From an uncultured Polyangiaceae bacterium (GTDB taxonomy: Bacteria; Myxococcota_A; Polyangia; Polyangiales; Polyangiaceae): a DNA stretch of 64,000 nt. Shown in pieces: positions 54,738 through 63,166 of the stretch (position 1 is its first letter; each line of letters begins with the position of its first letter). The notes below the pieces were generated by a model. It did not search any database. It had not been told where the DNA came from and worked only from the letters and a program-made list of their open reading frames with translations. Position numbers and translations under genes: made by a program. Where the stretch lies: assembly GCA_964454965.1 (NCBI GenBank), contig CAYVXY010000002.1:49426-113425 (forward strand), read 5' to 3'.

Positions 54738-55464
54738 CTAGTCCAAGCTTTTCCTGGTCCAAGCGCCTTCGTCGACCGAGAGCTTGCCGATGCGTCGCCG
54801 ATAGCCCAAAGCCAATAGCCAGGTCCGTGCCGCCGCAACCGGCGGCGGCACGCTCGGCGGCAATAGCGTCTCGACGAAGCCGTCGAACCAGGCGGCAGAA
54901 CTGCAGGGATCGATGCACCCAAGGGGATAGCGCTCGCCCCCATTGGTGGCGCCAATTGCCCAATACATAGACAAGCACCGCGCGGACCTCGCGCGGTGTG
55001 CGCAGGATGCGTTCGTGATACCTATCCGCCCAAACCGCCCCGCGAAGAGCGTGCACGCGATTGAACCCGCGCGCCATTCGAATCACGAGGCCGCGCAGAC
55101 CACGCGAAAGGGACACCTGGTCGTTTGCTTCGCAGATGAGATGCACGTGGTTGCTTTGGATACTGTAGTGCACGATTCTGCAGCCAAATCGATCGCGGGC
55201 AGCCGCGATAGCGGCGACGAAGACGCGCCGTGACTCAGGGAGTCGCAAGGAGGGTAGGCCCGCTCTGACGCGCAACGTCACATGGACAGGAAATACTGCG
55301 GCAAGCACGGGACGCTTGCGATGCGGAATTCCTGAACGCCCGCTTCGCGGACGCCCCGAACCTGGACGATACCCACCACGACCTCGACAAGGGAGGGCTA
55401 GTTGGAAGTACCTGGCGGTCGCTTGGCTCGACCGCGACCGCCGCTGATTCAATAACTTCGCCAT
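54738..55464 (-). pseudogene. IS200/IS605-family-like HUH/Y1 transposase (REP-associated tyrosine transposase-like), apparently frameshifted
   Basis: Frame A (ATG 55464): VHVTLRV..IVHYSIQSNHVHLICEA (HUH)..WADRYHERIL (Tyr)..VYVLGNWRHQWG. The sensible continuation (ERYPLGCIDPCSSAAWFDGF...ARTWLLALGYRRRIGKLSVDE) is in another frame (ORF 54738-54974). The switch is at the C5/G5 run 54937-54941. Confidence 0.75.
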
Positions 55465-55512
55465 AGACGAGGGCCTGAACTCATTGTGCGAGCTGTAAGG
55501 CGAAGGATTATT

Positions 55513-55538
55513 GCGTGAAATCGCGCCCGATTTCACGC
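55513..55538. repeat. Perfect 11-bp inverted repeat (hairpin, 4-nt loop) just upstream of the transposase gene
   Basis: GCGTGAAATCG-cgcc-CGATTTCACGC. It lies 49-75 nt upstream of ATG 55464 on the minus strand. Confidence 0.9.
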
Positions 55539-55859
55539 CACTGATTACCGCCTTAATCTGTCACAACACCAGCTCCACACCAGTTCAAACTGCATGAAAA
55601 CGCCTCGCGTATCAGCGCGAATACGGGCATGACACCGCCGCTGAATTGACACCACGTGCAGCAAGTGTGCGTCACTCGGCAATGGCTCGTGACGACACAA
55701 GTGCACAAGTACATGGCGAACGCACCTGCGCTGGCCGTCAACAGCGGTCTTTGGGACTAAGCACTGGTAGTGCCTCGGCTCGCATTGCGCTCGCCACGCA
55801 CGACACCAATTGCTCGCTTCGTCCGAAGGCGCGCCAGGGCTACAACGACGCGCACACAT

Positions 55860-56020
55860 GGTTTCACGCCCACAGGTTCTCGCGCAGAACCTGCCCGTCT
55901 GGACGATGGCGGCCCATGCTTGGATTCACGCCCGCAGGTGCTCGCGCAGAACCCGCCCGTCAGGACGACGGCGACCTATGTTCGGGTTTGCCCCCGCAAG
56001 TGCACATCGTGGGTGGGTCA
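55860..56020. repeat. 62-bp tandem repeat, about 2.6 copies (about 84% identity between the two full copies)
   Basis: Copy A is 55860-55921, copy B is 55922-55983, and a partial copy C starts at 55984. Copy A contains the palindrome AGGTTCT-cgcgc-AGAACCT (55874-55892). Copies start GG(T/A)TTCACGCC. Confidence 0.85.
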
Positions 56021-56469
56021 TTCTTGGAGAGCACTTGTGCCATCGGGATCGGATCCTTTGTTGCCCAATGCGAGCACCCGCAGCCAACGCTGCTCACCCG
56101 ATCGTATCTGCCGACCCCGCAGTTCCGAAAACTGCGCCGTCTTCGTGAAAGCTTCATCGAAAGCCCATTCGATGTCGTCCACCTAAGCGACGAGTTGCCG
56201 TTTGCAGTTCAAGCATCGCGCTAGTTGATCGCAACTGAGCCAGCTCAGGCGCGGGTGGTCGTGAGTCTTTCGCGTCTTCACGACTTGCAACGGCCTGTCC
56301 CAGCGGTTGGCCATGGGTCATTGGCTTCCTCACTTGCAACGGCCTGTCCCCAGCCGCCGGCGCGAGTCTAGCGAATCTTGGTTGGTACTCCCAACGAGAC
56401 TTTCGCCGTCAGCGTCGCCGCTTGGCCTAGGGATCCATGAAAGTCCTGCAGGCGCGACAACATCCACCG

Positions 56470-56509
56470 ATTTGCATTCTGCCAATGTCATTTGCATTCT
56501 GCCAATGAC
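56470..56509. repeat. 20-bp tandem duplication (19/20 identical)
   Basis: ATTTGCATTCTGCCAATG(TC/AC) at 56470-56489 and 56490-56509. Confidence 0.95.
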
Positions 56510-56896
56510 TCATAGGCCAACCCGGGAACGGGTTATCGAGCCAACAATCGCTGCGCCCTGGTCGGTAACACCATCGACATCCAGAAAGCAATCGCCGACG
56601 CAAAACAACCTTCGCTTCAACAACCTTCGCGTAACGTTTCGCGCGTTTAGCACTTCGATTGCATGGGAAGTCGCTTTGTGTAGTGGCGTGACCCCGCGGC
56701 TCGAGAGTCCCAGAGGGCCGCGACAGCCGTTGCCGCAAAGACAACAAGCGTTGCTGCGCATCGTGCATCGACGCATTATGCTTCAGATCTGCTCCACGGG
56801 TTTCCCCCGATCGCGCCGGTCGAAGGGTACCGGTTGGGACGTTGATATTGAGCCAATTTCGTGCGACCATGGGCAGAGCGACTCGGGGGACATTCC

Positions 56897-59299
56897 ATGG
56901 CTAAGTCAGTGAAGCAAGAAGCAGACACGGGAACGACGGTGTCTGGCTTTGCCGAGTGTGCTGGCGCGCGCCTTTGGGCGGAACGCTTGTCCGCCCTCGA
57001 AGCGTCTGAGAGCCGGTACCGCCGACTCTTTGAGACCGCCAAGGATGGGATCCTGATCCTCGAAGGAGACAGCGGCCGAATCATCGATGTCAATCCGCAT
57101 TTGACGGATTTGGTGGGCTATTCACATTCGTATTTCCTGGGTAAGTACCTGTGGGAGATTGGCGCGTTCAAGGATATCGCCGCCTCCAAGGAGGCATTCG
57201 CCGAGCTGCAAGCTCTGGCGTACGTTCGCTACGAGGACCTCCCGCTGGAGTCCCACGACGGCAGACGGCTTGAGGTCGAATTCGTCAGCAATGTCTACCG
57301 CGTCGGCAACGACACCACAATTCAATGCAATATCCGCGATGTTGCGGCACGCCGGCGTGCTGAGCGGCAAACGCTGGAGGAGCGGGCTTGCCTGAACGCG
57401 ATCCTGGAAAGCTCATTGCACCCCATCTTTGCAGTCGACAGCGAGTACAACTACACCGCGTTCAACCAGACCTACGCCTTAGAGACGAAATCGAAATCCG
57501 GGGTCGATGTCCAGATTGGCGGCATGCTTGCCGTGTCCCACAGCACGCAGGACGCTTGGCGAGCAGCCAAAGCGACTTTGGATCGAGCCCTACAGGGAGA
57601 GACGGTAACGGAATGTGTCACCTCGGGTGACAAGAGCCGTTCCCCTCGCCATCTCGAGACCGCCTACTATCCCATCCGTTCGATTGTCGGGGAGATCATT
57701 GGCGTTGCCGTTTTTGCGCGTGACGTGACCGCGCGCACCCAAGCAGAAGACGAGCTGAGGTTCAGGAATCTCGTTCTGTCGACCCAACTGGATACATCCA
57801 TTGATGGAATCTGGGTGTTGGATAGCCTCGGCAGAACGGTATCGGCGAATCGACGCTTCGCTGAGATCTGGGGTATTCCTCTCGAGGTCATCGAGTCCGA
57901 GTCTGAGCAGCATCTCACGCAGGTGATGCTTGAAAGACTCGTAGACCCTGAGGATTTCGGGCTACGGCTGGAGCAGCTTCTGACGACCCCTAACGAAGAA
58001 ACAAGAACCGATATTTGCCTAATGGACGGCAGAACGTTCGACTGCTACTCGGCACCGATGCTCAGTGCGGAAGGGGAGCTCTTTGGTCGTGTGTGGCAGT
58101 TCAGGGACATCACCCCCCGAAAACTGGCCGAGAAGGAGCACGAACATCTCGAAGAGCAACTGCGGATATCGCAGAAGTTGGAGGCAGTCGGCAGCCTAGC
58201 GGGTGGCGTTGCGCACGACTTCAACAACATGCTCTCTGTCATCCTGAGCTACACCGCGTTCGCGAAAGAGGGTCTGCCGGAAGGCCATCCAGTATTGAAT
58301 GACCTCTTGGAGGTGAAGAAAGCTGCCGAGCGCGCGTCGGCACTGACCCGGTCGCTCCTCGCCTTTGGTCGCAAGCAGGTGATGCAGCCCGTGACGCTCA
58401 GCCTAAACTCGATCGTCTCGGGCATGGAGACGATGCTTCGGTCCCTCCTGGGCGAAAACATCGAGATTTGCTTGGCACTGGCTCCCAATCTCGGCCTGAC
58501 GCGAGCCGATCCAACGCAGATGGAGCAGGTGTTGATGAACTTGGTCATCAATGCCCGCGACGCCATGCGTTCAGGTGGAAAACTCACGCTCGAGACCTCC
58601 AACGTGGAGATCAGTGAGCAGACCGCGGCGTGCCATTTGCACATGGAGTCCGGAGCCTACGTCGTGCTCACGGTGACCGACACAGGCTGTGGCATGGACG
58701 AACCAACCAAGAACAGGATCTTCGAGCCGTTCTTCACCACCAAGGAGCCAGGCAAGGGAACGGGTCTGGGGCTCTCCACAGTCTTAGGTATCGTCGAGCA
58801 GAGCGGCGGCAACATCTGGGTCAGAAGTGAACCCGGGCAAGGAACGACGTTCAAGATCCACTTGCCGCTGAGTACATCTGGCTCCATCCCGGCGCCCTCC
58901 AATCCTCCGTCGGTCCCTACTCGGTCCACCGGAGCCGAGACCATCCTCGTGGTCGAGGACGAAGAGGCGCTGCTAAAGGTCGCAACCAGGACCCTTGAAG
59001 GGGCCGGTTACCAGGTGATCGCTGCGGCCAACGCGGAAGAAGCGCTGCTGACCGCCGCGCAGCATGGGGGCGACATTCATCTCCTTTTGACCGATGTGGT
59101 TATGCCGGGGATGAACGGTAAGTTGCTCGCTCAAGAGCTCAAGAAGACTCGACCAACTCTCGCTGTCCTATACATGTCGGGCTACGCCGATAGCGCGCTT
59201 GGGCAACGCGGCGTGCTCGACCGAGGGATGCATTTTCTCGCCAAACCGTTCATCGCGGTCGAGCTGGCGCGCAAGGTCAGGACGGTGCTTAACGGGTGA
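56897..59299 (+). CDS. Hybrid sensor histidine kinase (multiple PAS domains, HisKA, HATPase, C-terminal receiver)
   Basis: PAS-like YRRLFETAKDGILILEGDSGRIIDVNPH and further PAS repeats. H-box LAGGVAHDFNNMLSVI. N/G boxes NLVINARDAM, DTGCGMD, GTGLGLS. Receiver ILVVEDEEAL..LLLTDVVMPGMNG..FLAKPF. Confidence 0.9.
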   Translation: MAKSVKQEADTGTTVSGFAECAGARLWAERLSALEASESRYRRLFETAKDGILILEGDSGRIIDVNPHLTDLVGYSHSYFLGKYLWEIGAFKDIAASKEAFAELQALAYVRYEDLPLESHDGRRLEVEFVSNVYRVGNDTTIQCNIRDVAARRRAERQTLEERACLNAILESSLHPIFAVDSEYNYTAFNQTYALETKSKSGVDVQIGGMLAVSHSTQDAWRAAKATLDRALQGETVTECVTSGDKSRSPRHLETAYYPIRSIVGEIIGVAVFARDVTARTQAEDELRFRNLVLSTQLDTSIDGIWVLDSLGRTVSANRRFAEIWGIPLEVIESESEQHLTQVMLERLVDPEDFGLRLEQLLTTPNEETRTDICLMDGRTFDCYSAPMLSAEGELFGRVWQFRDITPRKLAEKEHEHLEEQLRISQKLEAVGSLAGGVAHDFNNMLSVILSYTAFAKEGLPEGHPVLNDLLEVKKAAERASALTRSLLAFGRKQVMQPVTLSLNSIVSGMETMLRSLLGENIEICLALAPNLGLTRADPTQMEQVLMNLVINARDAMRSGGKLTLETSNVEISEQTAACHLHMESGAYVVLTVTDTGCGMDEPTKNRIFEPFFTTKEPGKGTGLGLSTVLGIVEQSGGNIWVRSEPGQGTTFKIHLPLSTSGSIPAPSNPPSVPTRSTGAETILVVEDEEALLKVATRTLEGAGYQVIAAANAEEALLTAAQHGGDIHLLLTDVVMPGMNGKLLAQELKKTRPTLAVLYMSGYADSALGQRGVLDRGMHFLAKPFIAVELARKVRTVLNG

Positions 59300-59326
59300 C
59301 GCAAATCCATTCCGCAAAAGCAGCTG

Positions 59327-59821
59327 TCACTCGTGCCGCATGGCGATCTGAAGGGCACGTTCGATGACGGCATCGGATATCCACATTCCGTGCGCTCTTA
59401 ACTCAAGCATGGTGGCACGCGGGTCAGACAAGTGACCCAAACGATAGGACTCGACAACTACTCCCAAAGTCCCGTGGACTTGGAGGCCCATCGCGAGTGC
59501 GCAGCGCCGACCCGCCAGATCATCAATCACCACCGCTGCTCCCGGTGTTCTAAGCGCCAGCGCGATTACTGAAGCCTCGCCACCACCAAGGTCCCATTCG
59601 AGCACTCGAGTTGGAACGTCAATATCCGGTACTCGCTCGATCCAAGTTGCTGCCGAAAGGGCCGCAACGGCCGCATCGAAGTGGCCACCGCTGCTGACTT
59701 CCGCGTGGACGACTTCAGGCACAAGAATGCGTGTCCCCTGCAGGTTGCGGAGCAGTTCGATGTGACCCGCGTTACCCAAGAAGATGAGTGGCGACGCGTT
59801 AACAACGATGGGTCTACCCAT
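59327..59821 (-). CDS. DUF3368-family PIN-like protein (putative toxin)
   Basis: IVVNASPLIFLGNAGHIELLRNL..ILVPEVVHAEV ... GGGEASVIALAL....VVIDDLAGRRCALAMGLQVHGTLGVV. Confidence 0.8.
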   Translation of the reverse strand: MGRPIVVNASPLIFLGNAGHIELLRNLQGTRILVPEVVHAEVSSGGHFDAAVAALSAATWIERVPDIDVPTRVLEWDLGGGEASVIALALRTPGAAVVIDDLAGRRCALAMGLQVHGTLGVVVESYRLGHLSDPRATMLELRAHGMWISDAVIERALQIAMRHE

Positions 59822-60065
59822 GAGCTAGCTCTCGTGCCAAATCTTCATCATCTACGACAAACACGTCGACGCGCCTTCGGCCAAGCTCCAACAGGAACTC
59901 CTTTCGATTCATTTGCGCGGCTTCCGCGGCGCGCTCCATCGAAAGCATTCCCTGTTGGTACCAGTGAATGGCCGCTGCCACGGACAGCTCCCGAACCATT
60001 TCGTGAGGCGCTCTGCGCAACGCAGCGAACACGCTGTCGGGTAACGGGATTTGGACGGTAGACAC
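59814..60065 (-). CDS. UPF0175-family protein (putative antitoxin)
   Basis: 83 aa from a GTG start: VQIPLPDSVFAALRR...LSVAAAIHWYQQGMLSMERAAEAAQMNRKEFLLELGRRRV. Its stop overlaps the downstream DUF3368 gene start by 8 nt. Confidence 0.8.
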   Translation of the reverse strand: MSTVQIPLPDSVFAALRRAPHEMVRELSVAAAIHWYQQGMLSMERAAEAAQMNRKEFLLELGRRRVDVFVVDDEDLARELAHG

Positions 60066-60334
60066 AGCCAGAATCTACCACGAAAGGCCAAACCCGCCCT
60101 GGTGCCCAATTCGGACCGTACCGGCCCAAGTCGCGGCCTCTCGGAGCCGCTCGATCGCAAATGCAGTCGCATGCCGCCAGTCGGCGTGGCCGCGACGCAC
60201 CGGCCAATAATCCAGGGTAGCGAGCTACATGGTAATGGGGGCTATCACCACGGAAAGGGGCAATGAGTTGGCAGAGCCTCTGGACGAGTGCAACGCTAGC
60301 CTTGCTCGCCAGAACCTAACGGACGAGAGTGACT

Positions 60335-61027
60335 ATGAGCGAATCCAGCGATAGAGAACAACCGACGACTTTAGAGCGCCGGGTAATCAAACGCTATTCG
60401 AATCGAAAGCTCTACGATACTCGCGACAGTCGCTACGTCACTTTGCTCGAGATCGCCGAGTTGGTGCGCGCCGGCGAAGACGTTCAGGTCATCGACAATT
60501 CGACCAAGGAAGACAAGACCGACGTCACCTTGGCACTCATTATTTCCGAGGAACTCAAGACTCGACCCAAGGGGATCCCGCTAAATACGTTGCGTTCGCT
60601 GATTTTCGAACATGGCGAGCGCCTCCTTAATCAGCTGCGTGACGTTCCCATCAAGAAGCTCGTTCCCTGGGAAAGTGACGCAACGCCGAGTCAGGGCGAC
60701 GCGAGCAACTTGGCGGCGGAGATCGACAGCGATGCGGCGCGCTCCGAGCCACCGGCCAGCGAGGCTGCGAGAAGAAGCAGCCCGAGTAGCGCCATCCCCT
60801 CAACATCGACCACGGCCCGCAGCATTCGCGCCACGTTGGAGCAATGGCAGCAGGCCATCGACGAGCGGATCCGCGCGGTCGTGCCGAATTTCTCGGCCGT
60901 GTCGGACTTGGAGCGCGAGGTCAAGCAACTCAAGGAGCGTATCGCTGCTCTGGAAGCGCGCGTTGGCCCAGTGGCCGCCTCGGCGGACGGTGGTCCCCGT
61001 GGAGCACTGTCGGATTCTCAGGAATAG
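60335..61027 (+). CDS. phaR: Polyhydroxyalkanoate synthesis regulator PhaR-like protein
   Basis: VIKRYSNRKLYDTRDSRYVTLLEIAELVRAGEDVQVIDNSTKEDKTDVTLALIISEE (PHB/PHA accumulation regulator DNA-binding domain). A C-terminal coiled coil follows. Confidence 0.85.
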   Translation: MSESSDREQPTTLERRVIKRYSNRKLYDTRDSRYVTLLEIAELVRAGEDVQVIDNSTKEDKTDVTLALIISEELKTRPKGIPLNTLRSLIFEHGERLLNQLRDVPIKKLVPWESDATPSQGDASNLAAEIDSDAARSEPPASEAARRSSPSSAIPSTSTTARSIRATLEQWQQAIDERIRAVVPNFSAVSDLEREVKQLKERIAALEARVGPVAASADGGPRGALSDSQE

Positions 61028-61084
61028 GTTCCTGGTTGCATGGGTTGACAGACCGAAACGCGTTCCCATGGTGCAAACGTCCCG

Positions 61085-61750
61085 ATGGAAACGCCGAAAG
61101 CTGAAATGGACCCGCTTGCCCCTCTAGATTTCGAGTCAGATGCGATAGCGCAATTGCCCAGTCTCATGGCTGTGGCGGTCAGATTGACTCGCAACAATGC
61201 CGAAGGTGAGGATCTCGTCCAGGACACCTTCGTTAAGGCGATGCGAGCCAGGGGTCAGTTCGAAGCCGGGACGAATATCCGCGCCTGGCTACTGAAGATC
61301 CTCACCAATACCTTCATCAACCGCTATCGCCGGGGAACCCTCGAGCGCAGCATCGTCGACGGTGCGGACGCCGAACCGCTCTCTGAAGCCTGGATGGGCA
61401 GCGCATCGATGAATGCCATGCGTGATCCGGAATCGGCCGCGCTGCGTCCCATGCTCGAAGCGGAGATCCAAGCCGCACTCAATGAGCTGCCAGAGGAGTT
61501 CAGGCTTGCAGTCGTCCTAGCGGACGTCGAGGAACTCTCGTACAAGGAAATCTCCGATATCATGGGTTGCCCGATCGGAACCGTAATGTCTCGCCTTCAT
61601 CGCGGCAGAAGAATGCTAAAGCATCGCCTCTACGACCACGCCGTGGACTTTGGCATCATCTCAGCCAGTCCCGCAGGTACATCCAACATGCCTTCGGACG
61701 AACCCGTCGACATCAACCACTACCGCGCAAAAAGGGCGCGCTCCGCATGA
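61085..61750 (+). CDS. ECF-type sigma-70 family sigma factor
   Basis: EDLVQDTFVKAMRARGQFEAGTNIRAWLLKILTNTFINRYRR; ELSYKEISDIMGCPIGTVMSRLHRGRRMLK. Confidence 0.9.
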   Translation: METPKAEMDPLAPLDFESDAIAQLPSLMAVAVRLTRNNAEGEDLVQDTFVKAMRARGQFEAGTNIRAWLLKILTNTFINRYRRGTLERSIVDGADAEPLSEAWMGSASMNAMRDPESAALRPMLEAEIQAALNELPEEFRLAVVLADVEELSYKEISDIMGCPIGTVMSRLHRGRRMLKHRLYDHAVDFGIISASPAGTSNMPSDEPVDINHYRAKRARSA

Positions 61751-62673
61751 CCGACGCTTGTCGCCTCTCCCGATGGACCGAGACATACCTCGATGGTGAG
61801 CTGTCTCCGGAACACACTGTCGATTTCGAAGATCATCTGTCTGGTTGCTGCATCTGCCAAGGCAGGATGAAGTTCGAGCAAGCGCTGCGCTTCAGCATGC
61901 GACGAACCGTGCGCGTCGCCACCTATCCGAGCCCCGACTTCGAAAGCCGGATGCGAGCAATGATGGCTGCGGCACGTGATACCGAAGAGGTACCGCCGGA
62001 GACCTCACGCCAACCAAAGAAACCCGCCTCCGTTCCGGCGCCATTGCACGCAAAGCCGCTGACGTGGCGCTCGATTGCGCCATTGTCCGCCGCTGCAGCT
62101 GCTGCACTGATGTTCGCTGCCTTGCGCAATGAACCAACGGATCTGATTGCCGGAAGCACTGTTGCGGCCAGCACGACCGGCACTACCGTAGCCTCCAAAG
62201 ACACCATGCAGACCGTGCGTGAATTCTTGGACCAGCTGGCAGCCGACAGCGAGCATCACCCAGAACTTGCAGCTTCTGTCGACGTGGATGGCGAGCCCGC
62301 GTTTTTGGCCTCTCGTCCTCCGTCGATCATCAACGTAAGCGACAAGCGGCGTTGGCCCCTACCAAAGCTCGACGGTTTGGGTGGGATCTGGGAAGGCCTA
62401 CATTACCGTAATCTGGCCGTTCATGGCCGAGTGCCAAGCCTACACTATCGCATCGGTGGCCACCGAGTGTTACTGTGGGCCTACGATTCAGAGCGCGTGC
62501 CTCTGCGTGCCGTCCTACAGGCCCAGGTAGCGCGCAGCCAGCCCGTCTTTGTCGGAACCCGCCATGGGCTGGCCATAGCCGCGGTGGAAAACGGCAATCA
62601 CGGTCTCGCAATAACGACTGATCTGTCTACCTCGGAAGCGGCTGAACTCGCCGTTGCGGCTGTAGTCCACTGA
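61747..62673 (+). CDS. Anti-sigma factor (zf-HC2 N-terminus, single TM)
   Basis: ATG 61747 overlaps the sigma stop (ATGA). The zf-HC2 motif is in LDGELSPEHTVDFEDHLSGCCICQ (H-x3-C-x2-C). TM segment: IAPLSAAAAAALMFAAL. Confidence 0.8.
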   Translation: MTDACRLSRWTETYLDGELSPEHTVDFEDHLSGCCICQGRMKFEQALRFSMRRTVRVATYPSPDFESRMRAMMAAARDTEEVPPETSRQPKKPASVPAPLHAKPLTWRSIAPLSAAAAAALMFAALRNEPTDLIAGSTVAASTTGTTVASKDTMQTVREFLDQLAADSEHHPELAASVDVDGEPAFLASRPPSIINVSDKRRWPLPKLDGLGGIWEGLHYRNLAVHGRVPSLHYRIGGHRVLLWAYDSERVPLRAVLQAQVARSQPVFVGTRHGLAIAAVENGNHGLAITTDLSTSEAAELAVAAVVH

Positions 62674-62797
62674 ACTCGGATTCGAGAAAAGTCTCAATCG
62701 CTGGAGACTATTCTTCGACACGAGCAGGTGCGGCCCGAAAAGACTTCGGGATTTCTGCCACATAACACCTGGCACGACTCCTGCTGGTACGGGCCGC

Positions 62798-63145
62798 ATG
62801 AGAAATACGACGATGTTCGTCATGGTACTGGCCCTATCGGGCTGTTCCAAGGTCCCCGCTGTGGCCGAAGGCGCACCTGCCGGCGAGTCCGCCATCATCG
62901 TGGCAGATGGACGGGGTTTTACCCCCTCACAAGTCACGCTCAAGAAAGGAAGCAGCGGTACGCTGCGTTTCGAACGCAAGTCAGACGATACCTGTGCCAC
63001 TGAGGTACTGTTCCCCGATTTGAATATCAAACGGCCGCTGCCGCTCAATCAAGTCGTGGAGATTTCCGTGCCTACCACGGAATCGAAGACCTATGCGTTT
63101 ACTTGCGGCATGGGTATGTTCAAGAGTTCGATCGTGGTGCAATAG
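62798..63145 (+). CDS. Cupredoxin-like (cupredoxin_1-type) lipoprotein
   Basis: MRNTTMFVMVLALSGCS lipobox; IIVADGRGFTPSQVTLKKGSSGTLRFERKSDDTCATEVLFPDLNI...YAFTCGMGMFKSSIVV. Confidence 0.7.
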   Translation: MRNTTMFVMVLALSGCSKVPAVAEGAPAGESAIIVADGRGFTPSQVTLKKGSSGTLRFERKSDDTCATEVLFPDLNIKRPLPLNQVVEISVPTTESKTYAFTCGMGMFKSSIVVQ

Positions 63146-63166
63146 CTACCTAGTAGCATCAGTGCA

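Noticed and set aside
55646-56224. Three overlapping plus-strand ORFs (192, 138 and 112 aa) across the 62-bp repeats
   Set aside because: They occupy all three frames of the same DNA. They translate the repeat differently in each copy (62 is not a multiple of 3) and are Arg/Pro/Ala-rich.
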